NCBI GenBank assembly: GCA_000934665.2
Contig: JYFJ02002133.1
Location: forward strand, 1-62,563
DNA length: 62,563 nt
Source: Catajapyx aquilonaris
Taxonomy: Eukaryota
Direction of reading: 5' to 3'
In this document: in pieces, positions 54,227 through 62,563 of the stretch
How the letters are laid out: each line of letters starts with the position of its first letter
How positions within the stretch are numbered: position 1 is the stretch's first letter
Made by a program: the position numbers and the translations under genes
The notes under the pieces: model-generated
What the model was told of the DNA's origin: nothing
The model's database searches: none
Seen by the model: only the letters and a program-made list of their open reading frames with translations

Positions 54227-57200
54227 GTGTATTATGGCGAATAAATTTACACTCTGGCTGCATATAGTGGATGTTTTATGCGTTTTGAATTTTCAACGAA
54301 CAAACCGGGTTCTGATCAACGTGAATTTTATTCCTGCACATTTTCCCATGCCGGGGGTGGGCCCCCCTCTCGTTTCATCCCCCAGACCACGTACGCTGGG
54401 GCATTTTGCAATCACAACCCTAATTTCCGGTAGGAGCTATTACGGCTAATGTATTTGTTGTGTAATTCTGCCCAAGTGCATGTCTCATGTCGACACCTTG
54501 TCATAAGGAAAAATAATGCGAGCCGGGGGCAGGCTCCAGATAATTTTTGCACGGGGAGTTTATACGGAAGCCGACCATGTGGGGGCAACCCCCCACTTTC
54601 GCACCCACATTTTGTCCATTGCATTTCTGCAGTCCGTTATCAGTTCTCCTGCTTCAAGCCATCCATCAAAAAAAGGGGGCCGGAATATCAAAGCCACGCG
54701 AATGGGCTTTCTCATTCATGATACCCTGTCTCCAAACCTTGATTTACGGGCCTTACTATTTAACCTGCGCTTAGATGGGTCGTGGTATCGAATCAATGAG
54801 GTCGACAGCAATCTGCCCATATCATGCGAGCATATGTAATTTTTTTACTTGTATATACTCGATATCACGCCAGAAAAAAATACACACTCACACACACAAC
54901 ACTAAAAAAAACTCACCAGTGTGTGCACCTCCCATATTGCCCTATATTTTCTCCAAGACTAGTAGACAAGGTAGCACGCAGCTGGGCTCCTGTGCCCAAG
55001 TCAATACCACAAGCCCCACAAAGTCATGCACACAATATAACACTGCCATGGGGCGAAGACCACAGACAGTGACAAATAGCGCGATTGCGTAATTGTGACT
55101 CAATAGTACTCAACAAGATCCCGGTCAGCATACACTTCTAATTGTTCTTTAATCCCATACTGCGCAGAAGCAGTGCCAGTGTGACCAAATGCAAGTGGTC
55201 CAAGAAGGTCGTCAAGTTCATATGCGTGGCAACGTTGTGACAACGAATCTGGCGTGAACTTGGCCGGTCTCCAGCGCAGCTAACTGCCTTGTAAGATATG
55301 GAGGGGGGACAAAAAATATATGCATTCTTTTGCCTGACTCACCTTCATCCGGGCCATTTTAATAGCTGACATAATAATTCCACTTTAATTCTGCTAGTTA
55401 CTGAGTCAGATGTGGAATTGCTATTAAGCAAAGTTGCTAGTTTTTTGTCATGAATGTCGGTCGAAAAGTTAGTGTTCCGGAGGAGAAACTTTAAAAATAG
55501 TTCTAATTCGTACCATTACAGTCCTGTACAATATGCAAGGACGACAATAGGAAATAAATATGTATATACGAAGTCGACCTACAGAACCTGTTTAATACTT
55601 TACATGCAACGATTCAAATCGTGTCGATAGAGTGGTGTCCAAACGAGTGACGTCACTAGTGGGCCTAGTGTCGGCTTGCTTATTACTTAACGAGTAGGTA
55701 TGCCTTCGTTCTTGGTCAGATATTACGTGCAAATAAGCCTGTCAGCTGATAGGAGGTTAGGGAAGATAATGTCCAACTGAATAAGATTTGGCATTCTTAG
55801 GTCCCAAATGTTACACTTGATACTGTATTTCGAATCCATTTTTTAGGCTAAATATGCAAATACAGTAATAGAATAACCTGTAGTTTGTATTATTTGGGGA
55901 GCGAAAGCAACTATGGCTATCTGGCATAGGAGACGGTGAACGGGGAAGAGAAACATTTCCACCGCATGGACGGAATCTAAAATGGAAGGTGAGTTCATAT
56001 ACATTATTTGTTTTAAAGTTCTGTTTAAATAGCAGTTCCTTTTTGCGGACTGCTACTGTTGCTGGACAGTTTCATAACATGCTTCGAGGGAAACTCTCTT
56101 TTCAACGCCGGTAAAAAATAAAGGGCAATGCACTGCTAATTTACATGTCTGTGTGGCTTCATTAGTATAGAAACAAAAATCACTTTATTATTTGTATCAA
56201 CTTCGGTACACAATAACCATTTTCTAGAGTATACTTTAGAAAATGGTTATCGTGGAAGTTGTACTATACTTATGAAAATAATAATTATCAGGGGAATTAT
56301 TACATAACATTTGTCATCATTATTATTGCTCTTCTTTATGCAGCTGCTGTTGCTGCAAACATCGACAACAGCAATATAATTATAGCTACATCATATTTAG
56401 CTACGATGAACTATAGGGCTACTTTAAAAATTGCTCACTTTTAGTCATTACACTAGCTAGAGCTTACGCCAAAATTTATTTTTCATAAACAACCTGAAAT
56501 TGACCTGTACAACTAGCATATACGGAATTAAGTGGTGCATACAATTTTATCTTTGGCTTACAGATGTTGCTCAGGCTCATTTCGATATATTGTCCTGTAC
56601 TTCCCAGCCAAAATCTTACATCGCAGGCCAATGCATCTGAATTGTAAAGCAGACAATATAATAACACAAAATACTCATTCTGATATATTGGCTGCCCAAC
56701 TCTCTTTGGGAAGGTACAAATCAGACTTGCTAATATGTGAAAATGCGATCCTTGTCGGGATAAGCAGCATATTTGTAAGTGCTATTAGTCACAATACCGC
56801 AAGTGTCACACACTACCACCATTAATTTTCGAGCCCTCAACTAGCCCAAAACAAAACATCACAATGAACTGTTCTATGCAGACAGGATGAACAGTGGCGC
56901 CGCTATGAGTCGAATCCCGCAATTGAAAATAAAGCCAGCATGGCCGCAGGCAACATGAGGGACTAGGGGAGCACAATAAAAAAAAGAGAAAAGGACAGAC
57001 AGCGCCAGGCGAGAAAGAAGTAGAAAAAGTGGGTCGACAGCAGCTGGGTTGTAAATTCCTATGGCGAGCTCTCATCTAGGACCCAGATCTTGGAAGAGAC
57101 CTAGCCAAACTCCATGGATTGCCGCCTCGGGGACAGATTCAGCTCTCCCAACAAGGGTCTGAGGACTCCCCGACCCGATACCACTTCTTTGTTGTCCTCC

Positions 57201-60200
57201 CTGCCTCTGCCATAAAAAAGAGAGAGGGAACTGCTGTGTCCTTTTACGTGGCCCATGACTGCACAGATTAAGTCATCAGGGGTAGAGAAGCGACCCCGCC
57301 CAAGGGGAGACCCACCATTTTCAGTCCTAAAGTCTTAGGCAGCGCTGGTTGGCTCTGTCCTCTCTTTTTCTTTTACAAAAAAGGCCCAGAGGCCTAATTG
57401 ATTTAGTGCCCTACCATATACTCCACCTACTTGGCTGGTCACCGGACGACCTTTCCAAATGTCCGGCACAATCTGGGCGACGTAAAAAGAATCATGCCAT
57501 TAGACCAGGAGCTACTGTGCAGTTCGCCACCAGCTGTGGTACGGCTCAAGCTTTTTCCCGAAATTCTGGTGAGTACTCCCGATTTGTGCTATCAAGTGAT
57601 GCGTAGTCAGCAAAAAATCAGTCGATACGAATGTTTTTTTTCCACTTGTTAACTTGTGAGTCTCTCTAATGCATCACATTCTTGGGGGTCCCCTAGGAAA
57701 CTCAAATTGAGCCATACTAGTTGATAGAAACAAAAGGCATTTGGATTCTTCCCCCTACCTCCTAGTCCACCCCACCATAACAGAGGGTAGCTCCCGAAAA
57801 GAAGATTAATAACTGGGTGTCCCCTGGAAACATGGCGTGACCCTCCCCTTGCAAAGAATCAACCAATCATAGTAAGTTTTTAGGGGGGTTGCAGGCGGAG
57901 GCAAACCCTCATTAGGGCTCAGCTCCCCTATTTTTATTCCACTACCCTCCCACCCCCACCTCCACTTTAATCACTCTATTTTGGCTGCCAACATGGCCGA
58001 CCCAACTATGTTTTTTTGAACTGTATACTATTGGCCAAGGGCCACTAGCAGAGTTAATCAGGGATATAACTTATAAGCATCTTATCCTTGCCTCCTTCGA
58101 AGACTTGGGAAACTTCTTAAGGAAGAAAACTGGGGGAGGGGGGNTGCCAACAACGGAAACAATTAGTCAACTTCATGTATAAGTAGGGGGGGGGGTAAGT
58201 TTGGGGGAGGTGGTGGAGTAAAAATGAAAGCCAGAGCCAGAGAAGCTGGTCGAGATTCCATGCATACTAGACTCCCCATCCTCATTACCTTTGGTATAGG
58301 AATCAAAAAGTTTGGGACCATGACTTCGCATTCAGGAGGTCAATTCTCTCGGGTGAAAAATTCCCCAAGTCAACGGGAGCTCCATGTAGACGGTAATCAA
58401 GCACAAGAAGCTATTCATTACGTCCACCAGGAATCTTTCCATTGGATTCCACACTTCGCGACTAGAAGCAAGTCAACCTCCGGAATCTCAGCTTCCCCTT
58501 AAAAAAAAAAAATCACATGACAACCCCCCCTCCCCCCCCCATTTTTTTGGTTGCAAAAAAAAAATTGTCATAATGTCGTCTTCTGGTCTGGTCCGCACAT
58601 TAAACACTAAGCCCACGTTGTCTCCTAAACAAGCTTCCGCGGCAGTATCCCCCACGCCCTCAGGCCTAAGATTAATTGGGCTCTCTCTGCTGCCTTTCCA
58701 ACTTGCAGCATACTTTGAAACCTGTCACCTTTCATTAGCCGAAAGAGACCAACAAGTTCCTGGGGGTAAGGCTAAAGGTCCTCCCGGATGCTGCACATAT
58801 ACGGCTCCGGGAAATTATTTTCGACGTCCTGCACCGGCGCCATCTCTCCTGGTGCTGCCAACACAAACTTACGCTCCAAAAGCGTTCAAGTTCAAATGGA
58901 ACTTGAATTTTGATTCGCGGGATATATTTATGCCGTTTGGTGAAATCAAAAATTATATAATTTTGCATTAATTTATGACCCGTCAGGATGGATATTGACC
59001 CGATAAATTTTCTTGTTTTGGTGTCCAAAAATTGTATTTCGCCATTGAAATTTATTTCCCTCTCCAAATGTAATGGATATCCGGAAGATACCGATCATGT
59101 GAATAGTGCTTATCGCTATTTTTTTCTGTATCACAACCTATAATTACATAGCATGTAGGTCATTTCCTTGTGCACATTGCATTATGTACAGTACATAACG
59201 TTATTGCGAAACAATGTACTTCCTGTATTTTTTTACAATACTAGACACATCGAATTCAGGAAAAAAACTGACATAAATCTATTTTCTATCCTGTATGGTC
59301 AGTTCTTGTGTAGACTTAATATTTAACAGGCTATTGTTGCACTATGATTCACTGTTCTGAAAATATTATTACCGCGTAAGCAGTCTCTAATTGACAACAT
59401 TCACAAAGCCTGTTGTAAAACACAAATTAATGAAAAGATTTTAATAATATATGGGCATTCGCAATACATTATCTTACTCGGAATTAATAGAACTGTTAAC
59501 AGCAATATTAGCAGACTGACATAAATATTGTCCACACCGACAGATAACTACTGTACAAAAAAAAATTAATTACGGTTAATCACATACTCCCAGACGGACA
59601 ATAAAATTTTTCGGGCAAATAGGTTACGCAATTCAGCCGATTCTACTACAAGTATAAATTCTCCATTGTTGTCGCACCATCACACTGCAATTTTGAATCC
59701 ACCGGAAAATCACTACCAGTAAACCATAACCAGCACACATCTTAATTGGAATTTTGACTTATTAGTATCCTAGTGGGGGGGACAAAAAAAAGGCGGGATG
59801 GGGAGAGGAGTAGGGCGGGGGTGCACCGAATCATGGATGATCTCACTTGGGTAACCTTGCGTAAATGCAAAAGCTTTCGGGAAGTGAATCCGGGGGCCCC
59901 CTACCGGTGGGCCTTTCACGTACAATAGATCATGTTGCATGTTCGCAAGGCATACACACCCACAACCCTGGCCTCTGTTAATTTCCACCCACCTTAAAGG
60001 TTGGGTCACCGCATGGTTCTCCCTGCCCGCGATCATAATTCTGGCACGTATAGACCATATCACTATGAGGTTGGGGTAGAAAATGTGGGGGCATGACAAC
60101 GCCGCTGAATGAATGGCCTCTATGCACTCCAGTGATGTTACCAACTATTTTACACCAGTTCCTAGCGTGCAATGCCCGCTAACTGAATACGAATTGAAAA

Positions 60201-62563
60201 TGTAGATGCGCTGAATATAATGTCAATTACAGCTTTTTTTTTTTTTCGCTAGATCCAACGCGCAACCTGTACTTTTTCCCTACTGTTTTTATCAGATCCA
60301 ACCTTTGCATGCAACCGTTTTTACTTATTTATATTCGAGGCAGTAGCCAAACCTCAGTCCTCTTTATCTATAATCTCAGCGCCTGATAATATTCCAATCG
60401 ATACCATCGACAAGTAAGGCGACCCTGACATCACCTGCACTTGGTGGTCCCCTCTCCCAAGCAGTAAGCAACGAAGGACACGTAACTGCAAGACAGCCCA
60501 TCACACGAATCGCGACGCATTATTGGCATTTGTTTCCACCTTGTTAAGCTTTTACTGGAGGAAGACAAATAGGCCTGGCTCATTCTTGCATGAAAATTAC
60601 ATGCATCTGATTACGTAACCAATCCAATATTCTGTCGTTTGATAAGAGTTTTATACACACAAATAATTAGTGGGATAGGCGTAATAAGTCAGCTGGAAGC
60701 TATGATAGCTGGGATGGTCACTTCAGTCGCTGGGCATTATTTCTAAGGAGGAGATGGGAGGGAATTTAAAAAAAAACAGTGGCTACAAACTTGTAAGCAT
60801 CGATCCAGAGAACCTAGAAAAGCCTATAAATTCCGGGCCGACATCACACAGTCACACTGCTTGTAACCTACAACTGTGCCAATTATCGCCAAAATCAATT
60901 TCGTATTAGAAATCAACCTGTAGATATAAGGGTGGTCACCTCATTGTTTCTATGCACGTTATTGCACCTGGACGATATCAATCACTAGTAAAAAGTGGTC
61001 GGGTTATTAGGCTGGAAGCATTATAGAGGCTGTTGGGTAACTGGTAACTAGTTAGTGTACCGCCACAAAAAATTAAGTTATTAAGAATTGTATAGACCAG
61101 TTCTTTTGTTATCGATGCCTATAGTTGTACTGTACAACCAATATGTAGTGGCTGCTGGTAAATTGTGCTGGAACACATAACATACTGCCTATTTCTGCAA
61201 TGACTCCATATTACCCACCACAATAATGGCAATAAGAAGCGCAGTTGTCACACCTGCATCAAACAATTTCCGAGCTACTTTAGTGTCAGTTGCATAGCAT
61301 AATTATGACAACAATGCGTCATTTCGAACTTCAGTTATCGAGTGATCTGGTGTGGGTGGGATTCAGAGAAGGCGATAGGTGGGAGCTGCCTTTTATTAAT
61401 GGATTAGCTACATCATTTGCGCTGTCCGTTAAGTTGCACAAAATAATCTAAACCAAAAGGTGTTGTGTCGTTTTTTGTTCCATCGAACACATATGGACGA
61501 GCCCAACATGGCTGCTCCCATATAAAGTGCTGTCGAGGGCTTTATTTTTGTCTTTCATCAATATTAATGATTTTTTTGCAAAGTACATTTTTATGTAACG
61601 TCTACCACACTGAATAGTCCGAACATTTTAATGAAGATGTTAATCACTATCGACATCAAGTATTACTCATTTTATAATTAATACCATCATCATGAATGGT
61701 TATAGGGCAACTTAAAAGTGCCAATTACGTCAATACGTCGCCTTTGTAGTAAATAATTGCAAAAAAATCAAATTCAGATAATTATGGTTACAGTTGTAGC
61801 AACTATGCAATTTGCCTGGTCATACCAGTGGCTTCAGTGGCCTGTGTTATACTGTATAATGTGAATCCAACCCTTTCCCAACTCTATACCGACGTATACA
61901 GTACGTACAGCGTAACGATATGCCTAATAGCCATTAAATAAGAACGGTTGAAAAGGGTTTAAATTTTTATTGCAACGTTCATATCGGCACTAATATGGAC
62001 CCTATTTTGATGACCAGCGTGACACAAATACTTGGCAAAGCGGCATGATGATGCACATCGTGTCAGATCTTCTGAGAATGTTCATAATTATCAGGTTACT
62101 ACTTATAAGTTATCTCAAATCCAATCAATGTTTCATCCTGCCTCATTGTCGCAGGAATTAAGAAGCAGTTTTTCCTATTTTTTGCATATATTAAGTCGAA
62201 ATTCGGCTTTCTACTTAATGAATACTCATTGGTAAACAAAATTAGTAAGGCAGTCTTGTCAATGAATAATACATGGTGCTCCTGACTTACACAGAAGTTT
62301 TATTGCCCTCATTGGATAATTTGTATCATAAGATATCATCATTGTAGAGTCGTATTAGCAGTGTCATTTAAAATTCTAGTTTTTGATGACTCGTAAACAA
62401 AACAAAAAATGGATCAATTTTTTATTGAAAAATAGCAGCTAGTGTCTTATTCAGTTCTTAGTCTGAAAATGGGTCGTAGCTTTACCAAATATTTTTGTGT
62501 TGAAATATAGTTTGTCAGAAATTAATAACGTACAGCTAATATTGCCACAGATCCGACCATATA

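Overview
Animal (arthropod-type) genomic DNA from a Hox cluster. The only protein-coding gene I can support is Antennapedia (Antp) on the minus strand, with two coding exons: 10052..9344 (MSSYF start, YPRFPPYDR motif, poly-Q, LYPWMRSQF hexapeptide) and 727..471 (Antp-class homeodomain). They are joined across an 8.6-kb phase-1 intron and give 321 aa. The remaining ~52 kb is non-coding 5' intronic/regulatory DNA, by Hox colinearity probably on the Ubx side. It alternates GC-rich islands with AT-rich stretches carrying SINEs, MITE-like inverted-repeat elements and micro/minisatellites. The short ORFs in the track appear to be noise. Most interesting signals: (1) a well-formed recursive-splicing ratchet point (polypyrimidine-CAG|GTAAGA) with a 55-nt cryptic RS-exon, 33 kb upstream of the Antp acceptor; (2) an Antp leader with two same-phase acceptors whose phase-1 frame stops 1 nt before the Antp ATG, compatible with Ubx-Antp read-through transcripts; (3) a structured element in the Antp intron containing a fully paired tRNA cloverleaf with a palindromic 11-nt anticodon loop, set among alternating inverted ~40-bp repeats. 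I cannot identify the species. The post-homeodomain KENKAKLE tail suggests a non-dipteran, possibly non-insect, arthropod (inference).
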